Part shown: positions 43,211 through 56,978 of the stretch, piece after piece
How positions within the stretch are numbered: the stretch's first letter is position 1
Layout: every line of letters begins with the position of its first letter
NCBI RefSeq assembly: GCF_009914755.1
Contig: NC_060947.1
Source of the DNA: the human T2T-CHM13v2.0 reference genome, Homo sapiens
Length of the DNA: 64,000 nucleotides
Strand: one strand, 5' to 3'
Program-made: the position numbers and the translations under genes
Notes under the pieces: generated by a model
Databases searched by the model: none
Seen by the model: the letters and a program-made list of their open reading frames with translations, nothing else
What the model was told of the DNA's origin: nothing

Positions 43211-44614
43211 ATTTCTCTCTCTCACTTTCTCTTTTTATTTTTTGCCTCCTGACTTATTCCACTTAAGTCTTCCTTTATTTTATACTGACCTCAATGCCTG
43301 TAGTGAGGCACCACAGAATCTACTTTGGAAAAATTTCTCAGGGCATTCTTTCCACCTCTTCCCTCATCTCAAGCTTGTCTTGTCCCTTTTTAAAAATTCT
43401 TGGTGATCTTTTATTTTCTTATTTTTTCTTTTCATACAAATAATACAAGTTTTTTTTTGTAGAAAATATAAAGAAAATTAAAACTTAAAATCATTCATAA
43501 TTTTAAGCTCACATCCAGAAATAATCACTGACAACAGGGAATACAATTCAGATCTGTTATGAATTATGTTTACATATATTTAAATATATCTATGTTTGCA
43601 TATATCTATCCTTTTAAAAATAATATAATATGAAACTTGAAGCTAAAATATAGATGCCAGAGAGATCTTTTCCTGCCCTAGGTGAAGGTGTTATTGAAAA
43701 AAATAAACTCTACTTGTTATTCTGTCACTGTCCCCACCACCTCCACATATGCATGTTCCCATCACTACCCTTTTCTAGTAGAAACTTCCTTTCTTCTTTG
43801 CCCATCCAAATCTCACCCACCCTTAAAATTTACATACATTTTATCTCCTCCAGGAAACTATTTTGAATTTATCAGCCCACACTGAGCTCATTCTTCTCTA
43901 GGCTTCTAGAACACTTCCAGTTTATGTCATAGTTTATCACTTCCTTGTTGGGAAGGGGAACTGGATGATAATTAGGTGTGCTTTCCCAACTCAAGTGTGA
44001 GCTTCTTGAGGCCAAGGAGTCCATCTCATGCTTCTGTACTCCCCACTCACACTTTCCTCAACCCCTTGACTTCTGCCAGTACTGATGCAGGGCTGGGCAC
44101 GCAAGAGGAATTCAGGAAATGCTTGTGGTTTGATTCATCTTGCATCCTTAACTCTTGACGTCAATAGTAGATGAATGAAGGGCGCTTCCCAAGGGAAGAA
44201 TGTGAAAGTCTCCACTCCTTTAACTCTGTTGTGTAAGCCATATTAAAAGGTGAGAAGCTAAATACAATGGCTTGACAAAAGGCAAGTGAGAATCAATGGC
44301 ACTTTAATCCTGTCTTGCTTTTTTGTCCAGTTCTGTAACCTGAAGTATCTGTACTTTAGGGAAGAAATACAGTAACAATCATGTTTAATAAACCAAAAAG
44401 TAAAGGGCCCCAGTAATCTACCTTTTCTGTGTATTCAAGGAAGTCTAGAAAAATTGATGTGATTTACATTCATATCTACAGTGAAGGCTATGAAATTTTG
44501 CTGCTGTACTTCCTGAGAACTACTTCCCTAGCACCTTTCTGTCTTTTGAATAAGATAAGAAGCCTTTGCACCTGGGCTGTGCTTTATGTTTTACTACATG
44601 TACCCTGATAGTAT

Positions 44615-45285
44615 GTTAGTCCAGAGTACCATCATCTCAAGCCAATATTATTGCAACATCCTCCTAACTGGTTCCCCTGGCTCAGTCTTTTACTTGTTAA
44701 AGTCCATTCTTCATACTGCAACATGATCTATCTGAAACAGAAATCTGATTGTGCCACACACCTGTTTAAAACTCTTCAATGGCTTACTATGTCCTTAGGA
44801 TAATGTTTCACCCATTTACCATGCCTTAAAAATCTCTTCATAATTTGCCTCCTGCTTAGCTCTTGAGTTTCATCTCCTCCCATTCTCTAAGCTCCAACCA
44901 CCCTAAAATATGTGTAGATCCAAAAGTGTTCTGTATGTATATCTTTCACTGCACATGTCATTCCTTCTGCCTGGAGTGTCTTCCTACCCTCTTTTGGCCC
45001 ATAGTTGGTGAACTTTTCTACATCTTGTATGACTTAACTCAAACCTAACCTTCTCATTGAATCCTTCCCTAATGTACCATCCATTATTATTTGTTCCCTT
45101 TTTATATGTATCTGCATTATAATACTTTCCACACTGCATTATAAATGTCTGTTTATATATATGTTTCTGCAACCTGTATGTGAGTTTCATGGACATAAGA
45201 ACTATGGCCCCCCTACTCCCCACCTTGTTGCTTTAGCACTGCACACAAAGCAGATAATCAGGAATGCTGTTTAAATAAATAAATC
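44615..45285 (+). mobile_element. L2 LINE 3' portion
   Basis: CCTCCTAACTGGTTCCCCTG, CCTGTTTAAAACTCTTCAATGGCTT, TCCTTCTGCCTGGAGTG. Confidence 0.7.
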
Positions 45286-45590
45286 ATTATATTTCCTTAT
45301 TTAAAGGGCCCATCAGAGCTAGACTGACCTTGGAGTTGCAGCCAAATAACCTGTTGTTCAACTATCCTCAGGCATTTGGCCTGTTTTAGATATGGTTCTT
45401 TCTTGAGAAGGAATAAATTTAAATGTTCTGGAAAGTTTCTTTCTTAATGTAAGATTCTATAAATAATCAACATATTGGAATAATAGTCCCAACAATGCAG
45501 AAGCCCAGAAAGCTCCTTTTTTTGCACTATATATATCCCAATATTTATCTAAACATATTATATCCTCGAGGCCTCCTATACTATTCTTCA

Positions 45591-45612
45591 TGTGTGTGTG
45601 TGTGTGTGTGTG
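45591..45612. repeat. (TG)n microsatellite
   Basis: Directly visible, ~11 units. Confidence 0.95.
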
Positions 45613-46639
45613 TTTTATTTAGGAAGTGATTTTTTATTCTTTAGCCATAATTATCCCACACTATTACATTATCACATTTTTTCCATATCTTTTAAATATT
45701 AGATACACGATTTGTTAGAAGTTAAAAGGGAAAATCATTCTTTTTTGCTGAATAATATCACATTATATTTAACTTAAAGATTATTAACTTTTTGAATATC
45801 AAAAATTGAGGCTGCTGGGAATCCCATTTATTTGTAGGTCCCAAAATAGCCCTGAGGTCTGAATAGGAAAATATCTTTTATAAACTATAACAAAACTCTC
45901 ACCTCAAAATAAAACACTATGAAATTTACACAATTGTATATGTACTCAGTATCTTCACAATATCCAGAAACCTACTAGATTTTTAGAAATGGCAATGCCA
46001 ATAGGTTTACATTAAGAAAAGAGAGCTTATATTAAGAGGACCTAACTTAAAACCTGGCATCCTGTGCAGGAATCTGTTCAATCCTTAGAACGGTCATAAA
46101 GTCATCTTTGTTGAAAACACAGGTCCTTGGACACCCCCAAATGCCAGGCAGAACAAAGAGAATTCCAGTACATTGGCTTTTATTGTTCATCTGAATGGGG
46201 TATAATTTTCAAATTCCTTTGGATGCCCCAAGGGCTCATGGGGTTGCTGGTCATATTTTGGGGCCTGTCATCGCCTTTTGCAGTTTTCATCAGGTGTATC
46301 CATAGCTGTGCAGTTCTAAACCAGCTTCTAGAACTTTTGCTCAAAAACTGGTGTTAAGGTGCCTCCATACCTACCTCCCAAAACTTCATAAAGCATCAGG
46401 CCAACACGGACCATTGCTTTACCTGATGGATAGCTTCATTTTTTCCTTTTTATTTAAAAACAATAGAGGGATGAGGGATGTAGTATTATGACAAAACTGG
46501 TTCCCTCCTATACTAATCTTATATAAGGAGAGTGTGGGTGATTGTTTGCCTCAATCTGTATTTAAGCTCAACACAGACTACTTTTCCTCATCACATATAT
46601 AAATACACACATGCATATATGTAATACTTACAAATACTT

Positions 46640-46885
46640 ACATTATTCAATGCTTACAAACACTCTATGAGATAGTTACATTATCCTTATTTTATATATT
46701 AGACAGTCATAGCTCAGAGAAGTTAAGAAACTTGTTGAAGCCTGTACACCTGGGAAGTGCTAGAGGACTGGACTTAAACTCAGGTCTATCTGATTCTGGA
46801 ACCTGTGTTTAGAAATTTTCCCCCAGCTTTATTAAGGTATAATTGACAAATAGAGCCTGTGTTTTAACCATTATACCACACTCCC
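46640..46885 (-). mobile_element. MIR SINE with a 42-bp L1 insert
   Basis: AGCTCAGAGAAGTTAAGAAACTTG..CTTAAACTCAGGTCTATCTGATTC..TTTTAACCATTATACCA. Confidence 0.7.
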
Positions 46886-47439
46886 TCATCTAATTTAAAA
46901 GATTGAGTTGAACTAGATCATCCTTGAGAACCCCATCTGAAGTTTCTTTGTCCCTTTCCTCTCCCGTCAAGGTCGCTATTGGGGCCAAGGTGGGAGGGTG
47001 GTGTTCTGAAGATCTGGGAGCTGAAGTAAAGAGATATGAGGTTCCAAATACCCTCTTTTGCATTTCTTTTTCTATAATCATTTTTCTTTGGGATACATGA
47101 TAAAGACTCCTACAATGGCATATTAAATAGTGATATTCAGGACTTGTGGTTGCTGCCGCTCATTTATCTTCCTCTTACACAACCTGATATTTTTGAGCTA
47201 AATTTTATCCATAGCTGAGTAATGAAATAAACAGATATATGACTTTTGGTAAGCATTTGTTCCAAAAGTGTGAATGGTCTAAAAGTGTGGACTATTTCAC
47301 TAAAGAAAGAAAACTTACACTGAGCAAAAGAGAACCATGTCCTGAAAGAAATGAGTTGAAAAAGGAATAAAATCATCTACTTTTCATTGTATGATCCCTC
47401 AAAATACTCTGGACATTACATTTATTCCACTGCAGGCAT

Positions 47440-47680
47440 CTTGTAGACTAAAACAAAGAACACTGGACTTGGAGTTGGAGACCTGGGCTTGATTCTCATA
47501 TAGACCTTACTAACAATATAACCCTGAGCAAGTGACTAAACCTCTCTCGGCTTCTATTTTCTCATTGTCAAGTTGGAGATTAGAACAGGATCTACCTTAA
47601 AGTGTTGTTCCTAGGAATAGATGAATTAAGTCATGTTTTAACAATGCTTTATATACTTATATTTGCATTGGATATTATTA
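47440..47680 (+). mobile_element. MIR SINE
   Basis: AAGAACACTGGACTTGGAGTTGGAGACCTGGG..ACCCTGAGCAAGTGACTAAACCTCTCT. Confidence 0.7.
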
Positions 47681-50600
47681 CAACTCACCGTGGTCCTGTG
47701 CAAAGCCACCAATCTAGTTAACTTTCTTTTAATACTGTGGTCTCTATCTGACTCCATAACACAATCTGTGGTCTCTGACTCCATAACACAATCCCCCTAC
47801 CCTACCCCAGGCTAACTGACAAAGCACCACTATGATTGTACTAAGAAACAGTCACTTTAGCCAATGTAAGCAGATAGCATTCACAGTGAACTATGGCAAT
47901 AGTCCTGTTTATGATAGAGAATATCTGGGTGCCAAGAGACCTACATCTAAGCCTCCTTACTGTTTATTTCTAGACGGGTGGAATGATACCAGCCAGAACA
48001 GTTGGACCCAGCTGCTCTAGTGGAAAAGGGAAAAATTTTCTGTTTGGAGTCAGACCACACAGGGGCTTGAAACTTGAGATTAAAATAACATTTTTTGTTG
48101 TTGTTTTGAACCTAAGAGTGACTGAGAAATCAGTGGAGAATGTGAAAGTGTCACTTTGTCAGTGGTATGTTTTGTACACAAAGAATAGGCCATCATATAT
48201 CCCATGGTCACAACTACTCATGTTTGGTTAGCCTGTTGCTGGCTGCAAATTTCACATTAGAAAGTCATAACAGAATAGGAAATTGAGGAAATGCATGAGT
48301 AAATTAGAATGCTGACTATCTCTTTAGAGATTAGGATGAGGGGCAGAATGGGATGGCATAGCTAAAGCTCAAAATCTAGGGTAAACTGTTGCAGCAATAA
48401 CAAAACAAACTAAACCATGTAGTTGTGTTGCCATCACTAGTCTAATTATCCACTTTGATTAACCCTGCCCTCTTTATTATCCCTTAAAGTAGTACCCTTC
48501 GTATGATCTCTAACAGAAAGATTTAGCTTAGTGATAAAAAGAAAAAAACATTTAAAAATTGTGCATGCCAGGGGAAAGCCAGTAAAATAAGCTAGCCTTG
48601 TGTGGAAGTTATATTTTTGGATCAAAATGATTACATTCGGCTTGAAAATCAAATGGTATGCTTGTTTACTAACATATTCTGAGATTTTTTTCTCCCTGCA
48701 GATGTAAAATGAAAAAGGGAACAGGGCTATAGCTAGCATATGGAGGTGATTTGTTCAGATCTACAACTGGGCTAGAGCCATCAGTAACCCAGCTATAAAT
48801 TCTGAACCTCCTGTATTTTCTTATTTCAAAATATGCTCTCCTCCATTTAAAGACAAAATAAAATCGAGTTGCTCTGAAAGATATCACATAGAGTAGAGAA
48901 ATATCTCACTGGCAACAGTTAGGACATTGGATTATACCAAATCTGTCTGACTTTAAACTCATGAACTCGCATGTTTAAATCCAACATAAATCGTTTAGTT
49001 TTCAAGTTCCCTTAAGCTAGGAAAATTAAGACTTCCTGTTCTTCAGGGAGAAAAGGGGCTTAAAAACTTGAGAGGTTAGAGAATGTCTTAAAGCTCTTCA
49101 TAATTGAGCATAAATAAATCCAAACCATATGGATTGCATTTCCTTTTTTTACTTTGAACACCGAGGGGAAAATCATGCTTGGCAAACTGATCTTTTTTTT
49201 ATTTTTTCCTAAATCCAAATATGTTACTTTCACCCCTGAGTCTCCTTCCCAAGCTGTACTACGTCTGGAATATTCTCAGGACTCTTCAGTCTTTAAATGT
49301 GCAGCTCCCGTGAGGCCTGTCTTCTTCAAGAAGCCATCCCTGAGTGATTAGAAGAGACATACCAAATGCCTCTTAAACCTCACTGGGTAACATGTAACTT
49401 TCAAGGCTCCCCTTTAGTCATTTATGTGTTCATTTATGTATTCTGGTAGTTGTGTTTGCTAAAGGCTTATTGTGTTCATGTATAACAGCTCATGTCCTTT
49501 ATTCTACATTTAACAACCATTTATTTAACATCTAATACTCCAAAGTTTTACGGATAAATGCCTAGGTTTGCACAGTCTTATGTTGTGCTTAATGACGCAA
49601 CCCTCTATGGAAGACTAAAGATAGCCCCAGCTAATAATTCTCAAGTAAGACACAGCTGAGGAAAGAAAATTGGAATAGCTCTACCAGAGAAGGAAGTGCC
49701 TTAATGATGAGATTTCAAAGGCTCCAATAAGTCTCCTCCAGAAGTATCAGATTCATATGTTGAATTAATAGAGCTATTTTAAAAGACAAATCGTTTTTAA
49801 AATACACTAGAGTAAAATTTTAAATCCTGCAATTTGCTTTTTTTTCCCAAGTATCTCACTGTGTTCCACACATGAAGAGGGATACATGTTCCAATAGGGG
49901 TAGGAAGGGAATGAGATCTGCGGGTTACACACCCTACAGATTTTTATTTTAAGCTATATTACAGCAATATGGTAATTTGGGTAACATGAGGTCAGAAGGA
50001 GGAGAGAGAAAAAAGAAGAGATGGAAGGGTAATTACTTTAGTTAGAATTTGACTTATGTTTTAGGACTTCAAGAGAAAATCCACAGAAAATAATTCACAT
50101 TTGAAGAAATTTGCCTATAATATGTATAGTATTTATTTTTTATATTTGCCTTATTTATTTCTACAGTGAAACTCCAAGTATTTTGGAGGTTAGGGACTCT
50201 CTGATACTTAACTATTTGCCACCCATGTGGTTCCCACCCCACCCTCACCTCAACATCTAACCAAGCCTTGGCCCAGAGGAGACATTAAATTTTTGATTGT
50301 TTGATAATAAGGGTTATTAAAAGTTTTACTGAATGTGGACACTGCCCTCAGCACTGTGTTAGGCATTGTGGAAAATAATGCAACACAGGGAGAGAATAAA
50401 ATGATTGTCACTGTTCTGTTTGGAAAAGCAAAGCCTGTATGTGGAAATAACCAAAGTCATGTATGTCAATCATACAGAATAAACCCAAGAAATTAAGAAT
50501 TTTCAGGCAAACTCTGTGGCCGTCTAGCACAGAAACATTTTATTAAGTCTGAAGGAAGCTTTAAGCAAATGAAAAGGTCTATTACTTTGTATCGTGGAAT

Positions 50601-50889
50601 TTGAACTTAGGAAACTTGTTACCGTGAAGTTATACAGGCTGAAAATATGTGTACATAGCTTATCTTACCCACTCCATTTCCTATTTTAAAAGACTTTCTC
50701 TTCCTCCTTCTTCTTTTATTCAACTTCTGATAACTTTTCTAGGAATCCACTATGGGGGAGAAGAGGAGATGTACATTGATACATAGCTTCAGTGAGTTGA
50801 ATCATGGTAATATGGAGATTAGGAAGGGGTGCCCAGGGCCCAATATTTGATAAAAAAGGAGGGTAATGCTTGTCTTACTTTGTTTGACA

Positions 50890-51118
50890 TTAATAGGCAT
50901 ATACCAGACACTGTGCTAAGCACTTTACATTAGTCACTTCATTTAATCAACACAAATTTTTGAAGTAGGTACTATTATTTCGTCCATTTTACAATAGAAA
51001 AAAATGAGTTTCAGAAATCAAGTGATCTTTCCCCAAGTCACTCAGCTAGTATTCAGTAGAAATAGGATACAAACCCAGACCTGTCTAGCCCCATTTAACC
51101 ACTTTAGTATACTGCCTT
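50890..51118 (-). mobile_element. MIR SINE
   Basis: CCAGACACTGTGCTAAGCACTTTACA..GTAGGTACTATTATT..CCCAAGTCACTCAGCTAGT. Confidence 0.8.
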
Positions 51119-51329
51119 AAATGAACTCACCTCTTCTGAGTCCCAGGGTGTTCCTAAGCCAGAAGAGTAAATGACCACATTGGTTATACCTCAGTCCATG
51201 GACTCAAGTAATTATGACTTGTGGAACAGGAATTACTGAAACTATTGAGACAGACTTGAAGTCCTGTCTCTAAAACTTCCCTTTCTAGATGTTTGCTCAG
51301 ATGTAGCCACCATACTTTAAGCAGAATAC

Positions 51330-52190
51330 GTGAAGAAAATAGGTCAAGTGGAACATGTTGTAAAAGCTGGTCAGAATAATGAGAGGACCCATTGACATAT
51401 CTTTTGAGGGACAGATGAAGAAATGTGGGATGATTAGTTTGAGAAGGAAATCCTATAGACATGTGATAGTTGTCTTCCAATATTTGATAGACTATCACAT
51501 GGAAGTAGTATTAGACTTAGTCTATGTAGTTGTAGAGGAGAAATGTTTAAGAACAGATGTTAGAATAAAAATTCTGAATTAACAGAAAAAATTATAAACA
51601 TAAGGCACAGTTTCATAACATTCTTTTGTGCCTTGAACCCTTTTGGAAATCTGGTAAAGCCTATGAACTTTCCTCAGAATGTTTTTAAATGCATAAAATA
51701 AAATGCATAGGATTACACAGGAAATAATTTGTATTTAAATATAATTTTTAAAATTTCAAAAAAATTGAAGATACCTACGATAATTTTATTTATTTATTTA
51801 TTTAGTTCACATACATGATGCAAGACAGAGTGATAATTTTAAAGTGGTATAAAATATCTGTTTTTTAGGTATTGATAATATGATTAAGTTTTGTTGCCTA
51901 CATTCATAGTCAGAGAAATATCGAATTTAAGTTAGAAATTAAATAAAGGTATAATATTTTTTTCAGTCAAAGTTTATGGTACCTCTAAGGGATCTGTGGA
52001 TTCTATGTTTAGATCTTCTGAGTTAGAGGTATCCAATGGTGGAATGCGTTGTCATGAAAAGTTGTGGTTTTTCTATCACAGGAATTATGTTTAAGGAAAG
52101 AACATCAAGGATGTTTAAAAAGGATTACTGCTTTGTTTACATACTGGATGAGATAAACTCTCTATTGTGCTAATTCTAATATTCTATGCT
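51330..52190 (+). mobile_element. CR1/L3 LINE 3' end split by Charlie4a
   Basis: GACATGTGATAGTTGTCTTCCAATATTTGA..CACATGGAAG; resumes after 52020 and ends ..TTCTAATATTCTATG. Confidence 0.55.
51605..52020. mobile_element. Charlie4a-like hAT DNA transposon fossil
   Basis: CCTTTTGGAAATCTGGTAAAGCCTATGAAC..CTCAGAATGTTTTTAAATGCATAAAATAAAATGCATAGGATTAC. Confidence 0.7.
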
Positions 52191-52347
52191 CAAAATTCTT
52201 TAATGGCTTTTATTATATCTAGAGCAGAGATTTTCAATTTTTTAACCAGGGGATGACTTTCTTCCAAATAAAATCTCACATGATCTTTTAACATATCAAA
52301 CAGAAAAAGTAAGATCAGTTTGGCTGAAGTGAAAATGGAAGTCCTAG

Positions 52348-52725
<378 letters not shown>

Positions 52726-54079
52726 TAATTCTCTGTGTTTGAATGTGAGATCTCTTCTGAGGAGTCCTAGGGCTTTGTGAAACACAGCCACATGATCAAA
52801 TACACATTCCTTAAATTAGCATTCAAGGCCTTGTAAAATCTTACCTCACAATAGCTGCTCAACAGAATGCTCATTGTTTCTAAACAACCTACAAACATCC
52901 TGGACACCACACCTTTGTTCACACTGCTCCCCAGTCTGGAATGCCCTACACACCCTCCTCCTTGCATTTCCCTAAAGTATAGCCTCTTTGGAGTTCAGAT
53001 TATGTTCCACTTCCTCTAAGAAGTATTCCCTGATCAGTTACTTTTCACAATTGTTCTTACACTCTGATCCATTTTCATACTTCTCTATATTTGACACAAT
53101 GTAAGTGATGATGCTTTGATTTTTTTTTCTAATATTTATTTTGTCTCCTCACTGAGGGAGCAGGCAACAAGAGCTCCTAGACTATCTGTATCTCTGAGGT
53201 CTGGTAAAGTATCCTGTACACATAATATGCTGAAACAGTTCCCTATGAAATTCCTTTTTCATGTTTGTCATATTTCCCTAAATAAACCATAAGCCTTTTG
53301 TAGACAAGGACATTCTTAGACGTTTCTTCTGTCATAATTTATCTAGAATCTAGCATGATCCAGAGTCCACAGGAGACTTCAACTGGCCATGGTAGGATTT
53401 GGACAGGAAAGATGTTAGATGTGGGAAATTTAGAAAGAATGAAAATCATGATTTGATGTAGAGAGAGGGGTATCTGTTGTTAGGGAAGATGACAGATGCT
53501 AGGAATGAGGTGTAGAGGGGTACTCAAGAGTGAAGGAACAGGTTGAGACGTGATTAGGTAAGGCAAAGAATAAGATGTCAACAAAGAGATAATATTATTC
53601 TCAATGAGAGAGATCAACAAGGATTAACATGAAAATTTGATTTGAGATAAAATCAGAGATAAGGCCCTTCTCTTGCCCATCATTCATCAAAGCTCAAACA
53701 GAGTTACGCAGTCCAAACACAGAGAATGTCTACTTTGGGGCCTATATTCTGAGTTAAGACTCTGGGTCTTTGACTTGGTCCTCAAATAGATATCTGAGAT
53801 TTCAAAATTCTCACTTGAAAGAAAAATGGTTAGACGTGGTACCTCTGGACCACTAACATCTTAATGTCTGTTTTCTACCACATGTTCAGAAATCCAATTT
53901 AATAAAGATAAGAAGAATAACCATTTGTTGAAGACTTACTATTGTAATACTCTGTGATAAGTGATTTAGATGAGAGAGGGGAGTCTCTACTTTCAGGAAG
54001 AGAGTGGATAGAATAAGATGAAATAAGATAATAGGATAAAGTGCTTTCAGGAATCCAAGAAGGGTGAGAACTTATAATA

Positions 54080-54345
54080 AATAACAATAGCTTACAATGC
54101 CCAGTACTTACCCTATGACAGGCGCTGTTTCATACATTTGGCAAATGTTACCTCATTTAATAGGCATAACAACCATTTGAGCTAAGTATTATTTTTCCCA
54201 TATTAGAGATGAGAAAACAGGCTCAGAGACATTAATTGATTTAAGTTGAAGAGCTGGTGTGAATGGCAGAGTTGAAAAGTCAGAGTCTAAACCCAAGTCA
54301 GCATAGCTCCAGCTGAAGCTCTTTACTGTGACTTACACTGCCCCA
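54080..54345 (-). mobile_element. MIR SINE
   Basis: CCTCATTTAAT..GAGATGAGAAAACAGGCTCAGAGA..TCTAAACCCAAGTCAG. Confidence 0.75.
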
Positions 54346-54984
54346 GTATATTGCTATACTGTCAAATATTATTACTAGTTTCTTGGGAAGAAAGAAAACA
54401 AAAGAACTCATTCAGTTAAATTGCTAATTGTATGTAGAAATAGAGGCCAGGAAGTTTGAGTGTAATAGAAAGCCAGAAAATTTCAAAATCTTACTTGAAC
54501 CAGATGTTTTAGTCTCTTTTCCCATCATATTTCAATACCTCTCCCAAGATTTCTGGAGACACTATAAAGAAATAGCTAATAAGTTGCCAATGGAATTTTG
54601 TGGTCTTTTCATTTAATTCAGGTCTTGGGAACAAGAAACTAACCAACCATTAGAGTAGATATCTAGAAAAGAAGAGGGTGATTTACAAGACAGGATAACT
54701 CAGTTGGAATAATTAGAGGGTGACTGGCTCTTTATTTATTTAGGCTGAGGGATGCTCCAAATAGGAGGTTTGTGATTCGCACTGGGTCAAAAGAATTCTG
54801 CATTTTCTGTTTCTGAACACCATATTCTAAGAGCAGCCCTGTCTTTGCACTAGGCCAGACATATCAGAGGGATTCGCCTCAAGCTCTCAGTCAGTAAATC
54901 CATTGTAATTTACCTCAAGAAAAGATACACAGGTCTTGACAAGGGGCTTTTGTGCTTCAGGTACCTATTTAAAACGTTTATACA

Positions 54985-55807
54985 TTATGACTACAGTCAA
55001 CAATAATTTATTATACATTTAAAAATGACTATAAAAGTATAATTGGATTGTTTGTAACACAAAGGAAGGATAAATGCTTGAGGTGATATATACCCCATTT
55101 ACCCTGGTGTGATAATTACACATTGTATGCCTGTATCAAATATTTTATGTACCATATATATATATTCATTTTTGCCTGTATGTAGTAGGTATATACATAT
55201 ATATATGTATATACCTATATATATATATAATAGATGTATATATATAGGTATATACTGGTATATATATATACACACACACACACCTGTATATATATATAGG
55301 TGTATATATATAGGTGTGTATATATAGGTGTGTATATACCTATATATACACACCTATAGATATATATAAACCTGTATATATATATACACACAACTATATA
55401 TATACACACACCTATATATATACACATACCTATATATATATACAAGTATATATATAGGTGCATATATGTGTATATACATATATATATACACACACCTATA
55501 TATACATATGTGTATATATAGGTATATACCTATATATATGCACCTATATATATATATATACACACACACAGGTTTTTTTTATATATATATATATACACAT
55601 CTATATATATACATACAGGTATATACCTATATATATATGTGTGTGTGTGTATATATATATATATATAGGTGTATATATATAGGTGTATATGTATAGGTGT
55701 GTATATAAGGTGTGTATATATATATATACACACCTTATATACACACCTATACATATACACCTATATATATATACCTACTACGTACCCCCAAAAATGAAAA
55801 ATTTTTA
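54985..55807 (+). mobile_element. L1MA2/3-type 3' end split by a TA-rich array
   Basis: GGATAAATGCTTGAGGTGAT..CATTGTATGCCTGTATCAAA..ATACCTACTACGTACCC.CAAAAAT; TSD AAAACGTTTATACA/AAAAGTTTTATACA. Confidence 0.85.
55155..55773. repeat. Complex (TA)n / TATAGGTGT / ACACCTATA low-complexity array
   Basis: Directly visible; units occur in both orientations. Confidence 0.95.
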
Positions 55808-56978
55808 AAAAGTTTTATACAAATTTGAGCTTAAGGCCAATTTTTGAGCACGCATTCGGTGAGATGGCTCCAGCTTGATATCCAGGGTGCTTCACAGCAA
55901 ACAAATTTTCTTCATCAGTGCTAACTACTTCGTTCTGATCTTTTCCTACCTATCCACACCCTTAGATTATCTTCTTAATGGATCAGACACAGGCATACCC
56001 CCTTATAGGTTTGTAATATTTTCTGCAATGCATAAAGTACCTCTTCAAATCTTTACCAAACCACTCTGTTTTTTTTTTCCTCCTCTGCGTTCTTAATAAT
56101 CCATTGCTCCTTTTCTGACTGACACACATTCACCCCACCCTTCAAGTACCTTGAGGGCATAGTACTTCCTTTTTGGCAAGGTAAAGTTGACATTTGTTTA
56201 CAAATAAAGCCATCACTTTTCAGCCTGAAAATGAGCTCATGCTGCTTCAGGGAAGAGAGAAGAGAGCACATATTTCTCAACCTGGAATGCTCTGCTTTCT
56301 TTTTTAAATCAACTTTATTGAGGTAAAAATTATATGGAGAAAAAAGCATCCATTTTAAGTGTACAGTTCAATTAATCTTGACAAATGTATACGCCTGAGT
56401 AGTTTTAGCTCCTCTCGAGAAATGAATCATAATATCATCCTGGAAAGTGCCCTCCTACCCCTTTGAAGTCAAATTCCCACCGTAACTCCCATCTTTGAAC
56501 AACCGCTACTCTCTTTCTATTATTACAAAATAATTTATTCTGTTTTAGAACTCCTTTATATATATGAAATCATACAGCATTTACTTTGTTTAATTTGGAG
56601 TCTGGAGATTCATTTATGTTATTGTGTATATCAGTAATTTATTTTTTTTTTTGCTTACTAATCTGTATTTCTTTATAGAATATGACATAATTTATCAATT
56701 TTATATTGATAGACATTTGAGTTGTTTCCAGGTTTTAGTTATTATAAATAAGACTGCTATGAACAAATGAACAAATGCAAGTCTTTTTGTCGTTGTACAC
56801 AAAATATCCAGATATAAAATTGCTGAAGTCATAGGGTAGATGTGTAATTAGCTTGATTAAAAAAATTGAAAAAAAAAACTTTTCTCCTAAGAGGTTGTAC
56901 CATTTTGCATAGTTCAAAGAGGTTGTACCACTCTTATCTACAATGTACAAGAGTTCTAGTTGCTTCACATCTTCACTT

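Noticed and set aside
46060-46430. Unique, moderately GC-rich stretch with an antisense AATAAA; possible terminal exon or pseudogene fragment
   Set aside because: No recognisable protein homology, poly-A/TSD or convincing acceptor.
48680-48760. Strong acceptor TTTTTTCTCCCTGCAG at 48701
   Set aside because: No good matching donor nearby; an isolated splice signal.
55099-55760. Several 70-90 aa Tyr/Ile-rich ORFs
   Set aside because: They are translations of the (TA)n array.
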